Source: a bacterium
GTDB lineage: Bacteria; Hinthialibacterota; Hinthialibacteria; Hinthialibacterales; Hinthialibacteraceae
DNA: 64,000 bases
NCBI GenBank assembly: GCA_963662285.2
Contig: CAXXMV010000006.1
Location: forward strand, 160,001 to 224,000
Direction: 5' to 3'
In this document: positions 38,429 through 48,323 of the stretch, piece by piece
How positions within the stretch are numbered: the first letter of the stretch is position 1
How the letters are laid out: each line of letters opens with the position of its first letter
Notes under the pieces: model-generated
What the model was told of the DNA's origin: nothing
The model's database searches: none
Seen by the model: only the letters and a program-made list of their open reading frames with translations
Position numbers and translations under genes: made by a program

Positions 38429-39150
38429 AAATGATTTTTAAAATCTCCTTATATTTAGGATTATCAAAATTATATTCAAGTATTATCATGTTTGGTTTTC
38501 TATAATTCAAATCTTTCCATCTTTTGAAATCTTCTATCAGAAAATTAATATGACAACTATCCAAACAATAAAATAAATAAAACTTATGAATACAAACCAT
38601 TTTTAAAGTATAGATATCATGTATTACTTACTAAAATAAATAATTGTTGTCATAAATAGATTTTTTTTAAGAAATAGTTTGTTTTAGGCATTTTGTTGTG
38701 CTATAGTAAATACTCTAAGTATATAGACTTGTCTTGATCTGGATGATAAATTACTATATGTTTATTATTCGGGTAGAGGGATAATGGAATATTATCATTT
38801 TTCGACCAGATTTTGGTTCAAACACCTCTTTGCAAATTCTATATATTCTTCCCTGACCTGAATTATTATATTTATATATATTTGTGTGGTTTTCAGAAAT
38901 GTTGGTTAATTATCACGGTTGATTTTGGAAAATGACTATGTATTATGGCATTTTCCAAAAGCGAATAATAACCGCATTAGGCAATCCACTCATAATAATA
39001 AATAAATTTTTTTGTTTATGAATATTTATAAAGATAGAATTGATAGCAAGAATATTCGTTTATGCTTTAGTTCCTGTTTATCTGCATATGTAACAATGAT
39101 AATTTTGGTAATCTGAATAATCTGATATTTTTGTAAATCGAGAGAATAAG

Positions 39151-41154
39151 ATGGCTATTTCTTACAGAAACCATAAAAAAAGGAACTTAAGGTTTAGAAT
39201 CTCATTTGTATGGGCTTTGGTTACCGCTTTGATCGTTTTTATGAGCGGATATGCTATACATTTAATTGTAAAAGTAAAACGTATCAATGATCTTGCTACC
39301 CATTCAATGCGTATTTCAACTCAGGTCTCTAACCTTTCCGCCATTAGAACATATCTTCTCGAAAAACCTGATGCTCCAGACAAAGAAGAAGCAGAAAGAT
39401 TATTGAAAATCCTACTGATTGGAGATCCATTTATTGAAAAAATGGTTCTGATAGATCAATTTGGTAAAATCCCCTTTACAATAATGCTGAGTGACAATGA
39501 AATGATGTTTCACCATGATAACCACTTGGCATCTTTACCCTTACAAGACCTGCTATCTGCATCAAAGCCGTCATTATCAGAAAAAGAATGGGAATATTTA
39601 ATACCCCTGTCTTTGGAATCGGATATTCCATGGGGCATGATGAAACTATACTGGCGGGCTGATGCAACATGGAAATTTTTCCATTTTATGAAATTGGGTA
39701 TAGCTTATATTACTTTGATATCATTTTTTATAGCTTATATACTGAGCTATTTTCTTATTGGAAGAACCTATGTTAAGGAATATCAAAGATTAAATAAAAC
39801 ATTAAGTATGATATGCGGCAGCGATTATTCTCAACGTATTGAGACGCAGACATATTCCAAGGGTATATCCGAAATCGGCGTACATATGAATCGCATCATC
39901 CATGAAATTGATGAAGAAAAGAAGAAAGCCGATATTCTTGATAATTCTTTGCGGCATATAGAACGCGGCGCCTCAGATTATAGGCGCGCATGTAATGATA
40001 AAACAACCGAATTAGAGTCTATGCGCCGTGAAATGCGCGAAGGGCTGCTGCAATTGTTCGATTTATTATGGTGTGGAATTATGGTTATTGATGATTCTTA
40101 TAATATCCATTTTATAAACCAACAAGCTGAACGATTGCTTCGCTTCGCCAGAATTGACGATTCAGTTTTGAATGATGAACGGGTAAAAGGCTGTTTGGCC
40201 TCTTTGGTCAATAATAGTGAAGTGGATGTCGTAGACGACCTTTGCGTATGGCCTCAGCCTTCTCTAGGACAATCAGTATCATGTCAACTACGCGCTTCTA
40301 AAATACCGACCGGCGCTAATGAACGCCTGTTTTTTGTTCTTCTACGTGAAGAATGCGGCTACCCCAAAAAACATAATTCTGCCTACTATTCAGAGCGGCT
40401 GGTCTTGGATTTCCTGGTGCATGATCAATCTATTGATAATCCCCAAACAGATTGCATGGGTTTTGAAAATGCCGATTTTAACGTAAAAGAAGATAGATTT
40501 AGAGCATGCCTGCGCAAATTAGAAACCTTCCATGCTTTAGAACAAGGAACTATGGGATCAGTCAGTTCAATCAGGTTGTCTACATGGCTGCGCCATCATT
40601 TCACCGATGAAGACTTATATTCCAATGGTCTGAAATTGGATGCCAACATGCCGGATATGGATATAACCTTGAAAATGCCTGAAAGAATGCTGCGGGAATT
40701 TATTGATTCTCTCTTAGTAATTGTAAGCCGCATGATTAATATTAATTCTACAACTAAAGCATCCAACTTTATGGTTCTTAGAACATCCATAGATTCCCGC
40801 GGTAAGCCGATGATTACTCTTTCTCTTCCCCGATTGAGGAAAATGCAGGCTAACCTGCTTCATGATGTTCTAAATGAACGTCTTTCACTACAAGCAATAG
40901 CTAATAATTCAGAAAGCAGTATGTTAGAAGATTTGGAATTGGATATCTGTTATTCCCTTTTCAGAAGCGTAAAACAACTATTGCATGCATTTATTGTCTG
41001 CGTATATTCAGAAAATAAAAAACTTGCTATGGTCCAATTAACTATTGAAAACCATATACTTACCAATAAACAAAATAAATCGGCTGAGGTAGAAGCCGAA
41101 GCTGAAGAATCTTTACAACCTAGACTTGTTCAGCAATTCTTAAGCAGATATTAA
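39151..41154 (+). CDS. Membrane sensor with HAMP and PAS-like domains and a degenerate histidine-kinase-like C-terminus
   Basis: Two TMs flank a periplasmic domain. HAMP-like DYSQRIE..EIGVHMNRI and PAS-like GIMVIDDSYNIHFINQQAERLL. No recognisable H, N, G1 or G2 boxes. Confidence 0.55.
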   Translation: MAISYRNHKKRNLRFRISFVWALVTALIVFMSGYAIHLIVKVKRINDLATHSMRISTQVSNLSAIRTYLLEKPDAPDKEEAERLLKILLIGDPFIEKMVLIDQFGKIPFTIMLSDNEMMFHHDNHLASLPLQDLLSASKPSLSEKEWEYLIPLSLESDIPWGMMKLYWRADATWKFFHFMKLGIAYITLISFFIAYILSYFLIGRTYVKEYQRLNKTLSMICGSDYSQRIETQTYSKGISEIGVHMNRIIHEIDEEKKKADILDNSLRHIERGASDYRRACNDKTTELESMRREMREGLLQLFDLLWCGIMVIDDSYNIHFINQQAERLLRFARIDDSVLNDERVKGCLASLVNNSEVDVVDDLCVWPQPSLGQSVSCQLRASKIPTGANERLFFVLLREECGYPKKHNSAYYSERLVLDFLVHDQSIDNPQTDCMGFENADFNVKEDRFRACLRKLETFHALEQGTMGSVSSIRLSTWLRHHFTDEDLYSNGLKLDANMPDMDITLKMPERMLREFIDSLLVIVSRMININSTTKASNFMVLRTSIDSRGKPMITLSLPRLRKMQANLLHDVLNERLSLQAIANNSESSMLEDLELDICYSLFRSVKQLLHAFIVCVYSENKKLAMVQLTIENHILTNKQNKSAEVEAEAEESLQPRLVQQFLSRY

Positions 41155-41364
41155 ATCGATTATCAATTTTTTTCGTTTATTATCAGAATTTTCTTTAAAA
41201 ACTGCATCTATACAGTCTTTTTCAATCATAAATCTGAACGATTTTATACTAACCGCTCTAATTCTTGGAATGATTTTCTGATATTTTTACATAATAAAAA
41301 GAAAATAATCTTTCGATAGAATGAACATAGGCTTCGGAAAATCAAGAACTTTTGAAAAAAAGTC

Positions 41365-41393
41365 TTGATTCTAATCGCGTGATACGGTATATT
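41365..41393 (+). promoter_or_regulatory. Putative sigma70 promoter of the second HU/IHF gene
   Basis: TTGATT-17bp-TATATT. Confidence 0.45.
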
Positions 41394-41474
41394 GATTGTA
41401 ATGTAAAGATTTCTATTTTCTTTGTTTTCATTTGAGTCTTATGTGTTGAGAGGTACTCTCTGTGGAGGGTTCTT

Positions 41475-41771
41475 ATGACCTGTACCAAAAAAGATATTGT
41501 TAAAGAAGTAGCCGCAAGGACAGGATTCGATATTTCCAGCGTTAAAGACATTGTTCAGACAATGTTTGACGCCATGGCCGAAGGTTTATCTGAGGATGGG
41601 AACATAGAAATTCGTAATTTTGGGATATTTAAAGTCAAGCAGACTCCTGAAAGACAAGCCAGGAATCCCAAAACCAGCGAGATAATTTCTGTACCCGCAA
41701 AAAAGCATATCAGTTTTAAGCCTGGTCAATTGATGAAAGAAAGGATTAATGATAACGGGGAAATAGAATAG
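41475..41771 (+). CDS. HU/IHF-family DNA-binding protein (second paralog)
   Basis: TKKDIV, IEIRNFGIF, ARNPKT and FKPG. Confidence 0.95.
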   Translation: MTCTKKDIVKEVAARTGFDISSVKDIVQTMFDAMAEGLSEDGNIEIRNFGIFKVKQTPERQARNPKTSEIISVPAKKHISFKPGQLMKERINDNGEIE

Positions 41772-41879
41772 ATGTTTAGCGATTAATCCAGTAAATTCTG
41801 ATTAACTGTTTGCATGGAAATTAATTTTTATTGTGATGAGCAGTGTTAAAAGTCCTGAGTACTTTTTGAAATACTAAAA

Positions 41880-42746
41880 ATGGATATCAAAAAAAAAATA
41901 CCTGACAGATTTCTTAGTATTATTGAAGAAATTCCCGCTATTCCGGATGTAGTGGTTAAAGTAATGCAACTCACTCGTAATCCGGATGTCACCGCTAAAG
42001 AACTTACCGACATGATATCCAATGATCCCGGTTTAACGGGAAATATCCTGCGTTTATGCAACTCAGCCTATTATGGAATTCCTCGAGTTGTTTCTTCTTT
42101 AAACCAGGCGGTAATGTATCTGGGATTTCATACTATTCGCAGCCTGGTTTTGACCTGCTCTATTAATAGTTTCTTTAATCCAAAACAGCCGGTCTATGGT
42201 TACGTCAATGGCGGCATCTGGCATCACTCGGTTGCATGCGCCATTACCAGCGAATTGATTTGCAACCATGTCCGGCCTGAATTGCATGATAGCGCTTTTA
42301 CTGCTGGTTTGCTGCATGATATAGGCCAGCTGATTCTGGGGATTTCCATAAAGGATACTTCAGAAACTATTATAGATATGATGATCAACGGCGGCGTCGA
42401 TGAACTTCAGGCGGAAAATGATTCCTTAGGATTCACTCATGAAGAATTAGGCGCTCATCTGGCTAATGCATGGAATTTTCCTGATGATCTTATTCATGCC
42501 ATCTGCCACCATCACCATCCTCTTGAATCTAAAACTCAAACTGAAATGACATCCATAATACACATTGCGGATGCCATGGCGCTTGAACTGGGTTTTGGTA
42601 TTGAACTGGAGCAGATGAAATTTAATGTTGATCCAGCTGCTTTAGCAAAGTTTGGCCTGAATCATGAGTGGCTCGCATCTATGCGTGAGGAGGCCTCTGC
42701 GCTTATCGACGAAAAAGCCACCCAGTTCATGGAAATCCTCAATTAA
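41880..42746 (+). CDS. HDOD domain protein
   Basis: IPAIP, DPGLTGNILRLCNSAYYG, WHHS, AFTAGLLHDIG and WNFP..AI.HHH. Confidence 0.95.
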   Translation: MDIKKKIPDRFLSIIEEIPAIPDVVVKVMQLTRNPDVTAKELTDMISNDPGLTGNILRLCNSAYYGIPRVVSSLNQAVMYLGFHTIRSLVLTCSINSFFNPKQPVYGYVNGGIWHHSVACAITSELICNHVRPELHDSAFTAGLLHDIGQLILGISIKDTSETIIDMMINGGVDELQAENDSLGFTHEELGAHLANAWNFPDDLIHAICHHHHPLESKTQTEMTSIIHIADAMALELGFGIELEQMKFNVDPAALAKFGLNHEWLASMREEASALIDEKATQFMEILN

Positions 42747-42753
42747 TCAATGC

Positions 42754-43521
42754 CTAATCTATGATGTGAAACGCTTTTCGGGCATTGAGCCGGGTTTGTG
42801 CGGCTATTTGCTCAATCTCTTCTTCTCTTAATTCAGCTAATTTCTTCGCTGTTTCAACAATCATTTTCGGTTCGCACATTTTACCCCGGTAAGGAACCGG
42901 CGCCAGATAGGGTGAGTCTGTCTCTATCAGCAGGTTGCTTGAAGGAACCTTGGTCGCTATATCATGCAGGTCTTTGGCGTTCTTGAAGGTCAATATACCT
43001 GAAAACGATATGTAATAGCCCAACTCTACCGATTTTTCCATTACCTCAAACGAAGCAGTAAAACAATGTAGAATAGCGGCTTGGGGCGGCTCGGTCTGCA
43101 ATATATTCAGAAAATCTTCATCCGCTTCACGCAGGTGAATGATTAATATCTTACCTGAATCATTTGCCAGTTTTGATTGCTTAAGAAAATGCTCGATTTG
43201 GATATCCTTGGGTCCAGCTGGATAGTGATATTCGAGTCCGCATTCTCCAATGGCTGCCACTGATGGATGCTGAGCCAGCGTTTCAAGTTGTTGGTAATAA
43301 TCATTGGGCGCCTCAAGAATATCGTGGGGCGAAACTCCTACTGAGGCGTATAAGCCGGGCAGCGTTTCAGCTAGTTCAATAGCGCGTTGGCTGCTTGCTA
43401 GGTCGTAACCGACTACTATGGCCTGGTCTATGCCTGCTTGATTGGCCGAGCGCCATATCGCAGTTTCCTGGTTATGAAATTTCTCGTGGTTTAAGTGAAG
43501 GTGGCTGTCAAAAAGTTTCAT
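42754..43521 (-). CDS. tatD: TatD-family DNase
   Basis: DSHLHL, AIGECGL, IHLREA, LHCF and IETDSPYLAP. Confidence 0.95.
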   Translation of the reverse strand: MKLFDSHLHLNHEKFHNQETAIWRSANQAGIDQAIVVGYDLASSQRAIELAETLPGLYASVGVSPHDILEAPNDYYQQLETLAQHPSVAAIGECGLEYHYPAGPKDIQIEHFLKQSKLANDSGKILIIHLREADEDFLNILQTEPPQAAILHCFTASFEVMEKSVELGYYISFSGILTFKNAKDLHDIATKVPSSNLLIETDSPYLAPVPYRGKMCEPKMIVETAKKLAELREEEIEQIAAQTRLNARKAFHIID

Positions 43522-43539
43522 GTTTTGTTTTATAATCTT

Positions 43540-44331
43540 CTAACTATTGGCTTGGATCAGATTGAAAATATACGATATCGGTTCGAATCCAATGGTTAAT
43601 TTCAGGCCTATGAGAAACAGAATGATGTAGATAATGGCGTTGAATATTTTTTCATTAATCCGCTGATTCATCCATACGCCCAGGTAGGTTCCAATGGGAA
43701 CCAGGGGCAGCAGGTAGAAACTCTGCTTCATGCTTTCGAAGCTGATCATGCCATGATAGGTGTAGGGGATCAGTTTGACTGCATTAACTATGGTGAAAAG
43801 CATCACAGTGGTTCCGACAAAAATCCTGCGTCCCAGATGCTGGGGGAACAAAAACATGGTTGCCGGGGGGCCGCCGGCATGAGCCAGAGTCGAGGTAAGG
43901 CCAACGCTGAATCCGAAAAACCAGCCATGCCACGGTTTTGGTTTATAGGCCTCCAGTCTATTCAGCACCCATATTTTTATCATTTCATATATAACGAAGG
44001 CGATGGAGATCACGCCGATCATGATTTTAAGGTAGTAATCCGCTTTCTGTTCGTGAACCAAACCCAGGAACAGGCCGCATACAAAGATGCCTGCAATGGC
44101 GCCGGGCGCGATGCGCATCAGATTGGTTCGGTCGAAGGTTTTGCGGTAGTGATAGATGGTGAACATGTCGCAAGCGCATAACAGCGGCAGCATTATGCCC
44201 AGAGACGCTTTTGAATCGCCGGTGGCAATGATAAACAGTGGAACGGCGGCGATGCCCACGCCTCCGCCAAAGCCTGCTTTGGCGATGCCCACCAGAACGA
44301 CGGCCAATGGGGCAAAGATATAATAAGTCAT
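43540..44331 (-). CDS. TauE/SafE (TSUP) family exporter
   Basis: GIAKAGFGGG and STLAHAGGPP, with about 8 TMs. Confidence 0.9.
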   Translation of the reverse strand: MTYYIFAPLAVVLVGIAKAGFGGGVGIAAVPLFIIATGDSKASLGIMLPLLCACDMFTIYHYRKTFDRTNLMRIAPGAIAGIFVCGLFLGLVHEQKADYYLKIMIGVISIAFVIYEMIKIWVLNRLEAYKPKPWHGWFFGFSVGLTSTLAHAGGPPATMFLFPQHLGRRIFVGTTVMLFTIVNAVKLIPYTYHGMISFESMKQSFYLLPLVPIGTYLGVWMNQRINEKIFNAIIYIILFLIGLKLTIGFEPISYIFNLIQANS

Positions 44332-44589
44332 AAAATTTCCTGAGATTATCTGAAATTATCCTATTAAAGAGGGTTGTATAATAGCGTTCTTATCCGTATT
44401 AGAGTAGTTTTAAGGATAACGTTCTGATTCGATATTTGCGGTCATGCCATTTGGCACCCGTGCGGGATTTATTGATTCGATTGATAGGGCGTCATTTTAT
44501 CTTTCTCTGCCACTTTCATTTTGTTGGCGTCTGTTTAATACTGATAAAGTGATTGTGACCAATATTCATGTGTATATAATTAAAACGAT

Positions 44590-46377
44590 ATGTTAAATCG
44601 CCTGGATGATTATAATCCACTATCCCAAAATTCGATTAACGCGCTTGATCGAACCAGGGGATATTATATCTATCGCGTCTTGCTGGGATTAGCCTGTCTA
44701 TTATCGGTATTTTCGATCATCTTGCAGTATGGTTTTGTTATACCTCCCGCTATGACCAGTAGTTTGATAGGGCTGAATATATTAACGGTTATTTTATTTT
44801 TCTCCCTTACGATATTTAGAATCGTGAAAACCTATAAAATTGAATCGCCATTTCGCCACGCTGCGCTGGAGATAATTTTAATAGCGTTTCTCATTATGGA
44901 ATTGATTGTCGTGAAATTGGCATTCCCGGAATCGAAACAAGTAATTCATCATCTGATCCCGGTTTATTTAATCAGTTTACAGGTCTATTTCATGTTTGCG
45001 CTGGGCAAGCGTATGTTTAAGGCGGGGAAACAATTATATCTGCTATCGTTTTCACCCGCGGCCACGGTAGCGATTTCATTTATTGTATTAATAATGGTTG
45101 GAACTCTTGCATTGCTGCTTCCTCAATCAACTCATGGAACCTTGACGCCGAACATATCTTTGATAGACGCATTGTTTACATCCACCTCAGCTGTCTGCGT
45201 GACAGGATTGACCACTGTCAATACGGCGTATGATTTTTCCCGCTTGGGGCAGGGCATAATACTGTTTTTGATTCAATTGGGCGCTTTTGGAATTATGATA
45301 TTCGTCGGTCTGTTCGCTTTCTCCTTTGGTTCTGGTTCCAGTTTAAGATCAAGGTTGGTGCTTCAGGATATTCTGGTTCGGGAAGGCGGTCAGCATGTTG
45401 CATCGCTTATGAGAGTAATGCTTATTACTACGCTTATTCTTGAGGGCGCCGGCGCTGTTTTGCTTATTCCAGGTTTCTACGAAGTTTCCGGCGTCTTAGG
45501 AGAATCCTGCTTCGACTCTATCTTTCATTCCGTATCCGCCTTTTGTAATGCGGGATTTTCCACTTTTCCAACCAGTCTTGAATTATTCTCAAATTCACCG
45601 CTGGTTATTATTACCATAAGCATTCTGATTGTATGCGGGGGAATCGGCTTCGGAGTAGTGTATGAAATCGGGCAGTGGATTCGGAAGCGTTTCATTCAAA
45701 AGAAACTAGCGGTTCGTTTAAGTCTTCATGCAATCATCGTAATTCAAACATCCGCCTTACTAATTGTGGTTGGTATGGCGGCTGTATTAATTGGCGGCGA
45801 TTGGAGTATGCGAAGCGGATTGGATGTATTCCTGTCGTCGCTGTTTCAATCCATAACCACGCGCACCGCTGGTTTTAACTCGATCCCGTTGCTTTCAATC
45901 GCGCCTTGGTGTTTGATCATGATGATGATCTGGATGTTGATTGGAGGGGCGCCTGGCGGAACGGCGGGAGGCATCAAGGTCTCGACGGTTGCTTTGCTGT
46001 TTCATACGGCGCGCAGCCTTCTCAAAGGCCGTAAACAGGTTGAAATTCGTCATCGAACTATTACGCAAGATGCGATTATGATGGCCTTTGTTATTTGCGG
46101 ACTGGCCATTTCGTATATTGCCGTCGCAACAATCGTTCTTGTATGGGCGGAACCGGATAAACTTATATTTAGATTATTGTTCGAAGTGATTTCCGCCTTT
46201 GGCACGGTCGGATTGTCTCTGGGCGTTACTCCTGAACTCAGTTCCATAGGAAAAATCATTATTATAATCACCATGTATGTCGGACGGGTCGGGCCATTGA
46301 CTGTTTTTCTAGGGATGATGAGAACCCGTGATGAAGCGAATTATGAATATCCAACCGGTTCGATTATCATAAGTTGA
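44590..46377 (+). CDS. KtrB/TrkH-family potassium uptake membrane protein with extra N-terminal TMs
   Basis: Four pore motifs: SAVCVTGL, SAFCNAGF, TRTAGF and SAFGTVGLS; also GGTAGGIK. Confidence 0.95.
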   Translation: MLNRLDDYNPLSQNSINALDRTRGYYIYRVLLGLACLLSVFSIILQYGFVIPPAMTSSLIGLNILTVILFFSLTIFRIVKTYKIESPFRHAALEIILIAFLIMELIVVKLAFPESKQVIHHLIPVYLISLQVYFMFALGKRMFKAGKQLYLLSFSPAATVAISFIVLIMVGTLALLLPQSTHGTLTPNISLIDALFTSTSAVCVTGLTTVNTAYDFSRLGQGIILFLIQLGAFGIMIFVGLFAFSFGSGSSLRSRLVLQDILVREGGQHVASLMRVMLITTLILEGAGAVLLIPGFYEVSGVLGESCFDSIFHSVSAFCNAGFSTFPTSLELFSNSPLVIITISILIVCGGIGFGVVYEIGQWIRKRFIQKKLAVRLSLHAIIVIQTSALLIVVGMAAVLIGGDWSMRSGLDVFLSSLFQSITTRTAGFNSIPLLSIAPWCLIMMMIWMLIGGAPGGTAGGIKVSTVALLFHTARSLLKGRKQVEIRHRTITQDAIMMAFVICGLAISYIAVATIVLVWAEPDKLIFRLLFEVISAFGTVGLSLGVTPELSSIGKIIIIITMYVGRVGPLTVFLGMMRTRDEANYEYPTGSIIIS

Positions 46378-46390
46378 TTGGAGCGAAACA

Positions 46391-47056
46391 ATGAGCAAAA
46401 AAATCGTTGTGATCGGATTAGGGGTTCTGGGACGCAACATGGCGGTGCTGCTCGAATCGCGGGGCGCTGAAGTGATCGCTATCGATTCTGATATGGGGCC
46501 GGTTGAAGAAATCAAAGACAAGGTCACCATGGCCGTCGCCTTGGATTCGACCAATGAAAAGGCTTTGCTAGCGCTGGATATTGCCAACGTGGATGCGGCG
46601 GTTGTCTGCATCGGTGAGAATTTTCAGGCCAATCTTCTTACTACAGTGCTGCTTAAAAAGATGAAGGTTAAATACGTTATCACCCGCGCCGCCAATCCAA
46701 TCGAGAAGCAGATTTTAAGGGAACTGGGAGCGGATGAATTGATTTATCCCGAAGAAGACCTGGCCAGAGAACTTTCGGTGAGGTTAACGTCCAATTCTCT
46801 GCTTGATCTTGTGTCGCTCGGACCGAACCTGGGAGCGGCACGTCTTAAAGTACCCGTTGCTTTTATTGATAAAAAACTATTAGACTTAAATCTACGGGTC
46901 GAATATGGTATAAACATTATTTCAATTTACCGTCAAGAAGATATCCAGGAAACCGTAAATCCGTTTCCCAAACCGGATCATGTATTTGCAGAGGGTGAAA
47001 TAATGCTGGTCGTGGGCGCCAATAAGGATATCGCTAGAATAACGGAATTGCCGTGA
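46391..47056 (+). CDS. KtrA/TrkA-family RCK regulatory subunit
   Basis: VIGLGVLG Rossmann motif, GADELIYPE and an RCK_C tail. Confidence 0.95.
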   Translation: MSKKIVVIGLGVLGRNMAVLLESRGAEVIAIDSDMGPVEEIKDKVTMAVALDSTNEKALLALDIANVDAAVVCIGENFQANLLTTVLLKKMKVKYVITRAANPIEKQILRELGADELIYPEEDLARELSVRLTSNSLLDLVSLGPNLGAARLKVPVAFIDKKLLDLNLRVEYGINIISIYRQEDIQETVNPFPKPDHVFAEGEIMLVVGANKDIARITELP

Positions 47057-47078
47057 GCATCTTATTCTGTGAATCCCA

Positions 47079-47915
47079 CTATGTAATGGTTGGAATAGCT
47101 TGCACGTCCACCGCTTTGGTTTTGCCTCCCCCGCTATCTACGATCTTAAATTCAAGCACCATGTTGCGGTCGGTTAGTTTGCTGTTATCCAGGTCGTCGG
47201 GATACTCTGAACTATGGCAGAAAATGGTGGCGTAAGGCGACTCCATATCACGGGAGTCAGTATGCCACAGGTCGCCTTCAACGGTGGTGAGGTATCGCAG
47301 CCAGCCGAATCCTTTGGTCTCATCGTGCGTATAACAGACTCCTCTGGCGTAAGAGTTTACTTCACCCCATTTTAAGTTTGATGGTGCGCATTCGATGGGA
47401 AGAAGGTTCGGGATCAAATAGCCCGACATATAAAGATCCGCTTCTCCACGCAAATCCCGTGATACATTATCGAAAGCCACAATCTCAACCCGGCATCCAC
47501 GGTTTTGAAGAGCGCGAACCACCTGCACGAAGTCGCCGTCGCCCGTCGCCAGAATCACCCGGTCAAGATTCTCTGATTGCAATAACGCATCAACCGCCAG
47601 ATCCAGATCGACGTTTGCCTTGCCGAATCGATTGCCGGTATCGTCGGTATACCATTTCATATCCTTTTGGATAACTTTGTAGCCCACATCACGCAATGCG
47701 GCATGGAAGCGTCTTTGTTTGGTTCGATATTCGTGATCATTGTATGATCGTTCAGGATCAAAACTCACATAGGCGTTCAAACGGATCGGTTCAGCGCGGC
47801 CGCGACATGCGAACTCGCGCAGCACGTCATAGCGCATGCCGAAGCCGCCGTTCATGGCCAGATTCGCTACATCAATATATACGCCAACCTTGAGATGAGA
47901 GGATTTTTCAGGCAT
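47079..47915 (-). CDS. NYN (LabA/DUF88, PIN-like) domain protein with a C-terminal cold-shock/OB-like domain
   Basis: YIDVAN, KANVDLDLAVD and LATGDGDF..GCRVE. C-terminal KGFGWL..IFCHSS..VLEFKI..KAVDV. Confidence 0.85.
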   Translation of the reverse strand: MPEKSSHLKVGVYIDVANLAMNGGFGMRYDVLREFACRGRAEPIRLNAYVSFDPERSYNDHEYRTKQRRFHAALRDVGYKVIQKDMKWYTDDTGNRFGKANVDLDLAVDALLQSENLDRVILATGDGDFVQVVRALQNRGCRVEIVAFDNVSRDLRGEADLYMSGYLIPNLLPIECAPSNLKWGEVNSYARGVCYTHDETKGFGWLRYLTTVEGDLWHTDSRDMESPYATIFCHSSEYPDDLDNSKLTDRNMVLEFKIVDSGGGKTKAVDVQAIPTIT

Positions 47916-47961
47916 GGTTTCATCCTTGTTATGTACAACGGTTTCTAAAAATATGTTGGTT

Positions 47962-48115
47962 TAGAGCAATTATCAAAAATATATTCTAATCAAAATCCCG
48001 CTAGAGCGATTATCAAAATTATGTTCGTTTATTATCACCTTTGGTCTTCGAAAAAGCCAATCTTTTCTGGCTTTTTCGAATCGCCAATCAGAACATTATT
48101 ATGAATACTACTCTA
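47962..48115. repeat. Two direct and one inverted 25-bp repeat around a 13-bp perfect inverted repeat
   Basis: TAGAGCAATTATCAAAAATATATTC (47962) and TAGAGCGATTATCAAAATTATGTTC (48002). An inverted copy matches 18/25 at 48091-48115. TTCGAAAAAGCCA-8bp-TGGCTTTTTCGAA at 48047-48080. Confidence 0.65.
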
Positions 48116-48215
48116 AATGGATTTCGCTTAATAATACAATATACAACACCCACAGAAAATGAAAGATGAGTCAATGCGAAACTTAATTTTCTTATTTTGA
48201 AAGTTCATTGGAATC

Positions 48216-48268
48216 GGGGATGAAATGGGGATGAAATCGGGATGGTTGGTGGATGAAAAGGGGATGGT
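48216..48268 (+). repeat. Five GGATG units with an 11/11/11/10-bp period
   Basis: GGATG at 48218, 48229, 48240, 48251 and 48261. Confidence 0.8.
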
Positions 48269-48323
48269 TTTGAGGTTAGACTTGTTGATATGAAAATCAA
48301 TCAATGTCAGCGAGGTATTAATC

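Noticed and set aside
38430-39150. 720-bp AT-rich intergenic region as oriC or an ncRNA
   Set aside because: I found no DnaA-box cluster (TTATCCACA), no dnaA/gidA/parAB context and no convincing structured RNA.
47962-48026. 25-bp direct repeats as a mini CRISPR array
   Set aside because: Only two direct copies with a 15-bp spacer, no dyad in the repeat and no cas genes.
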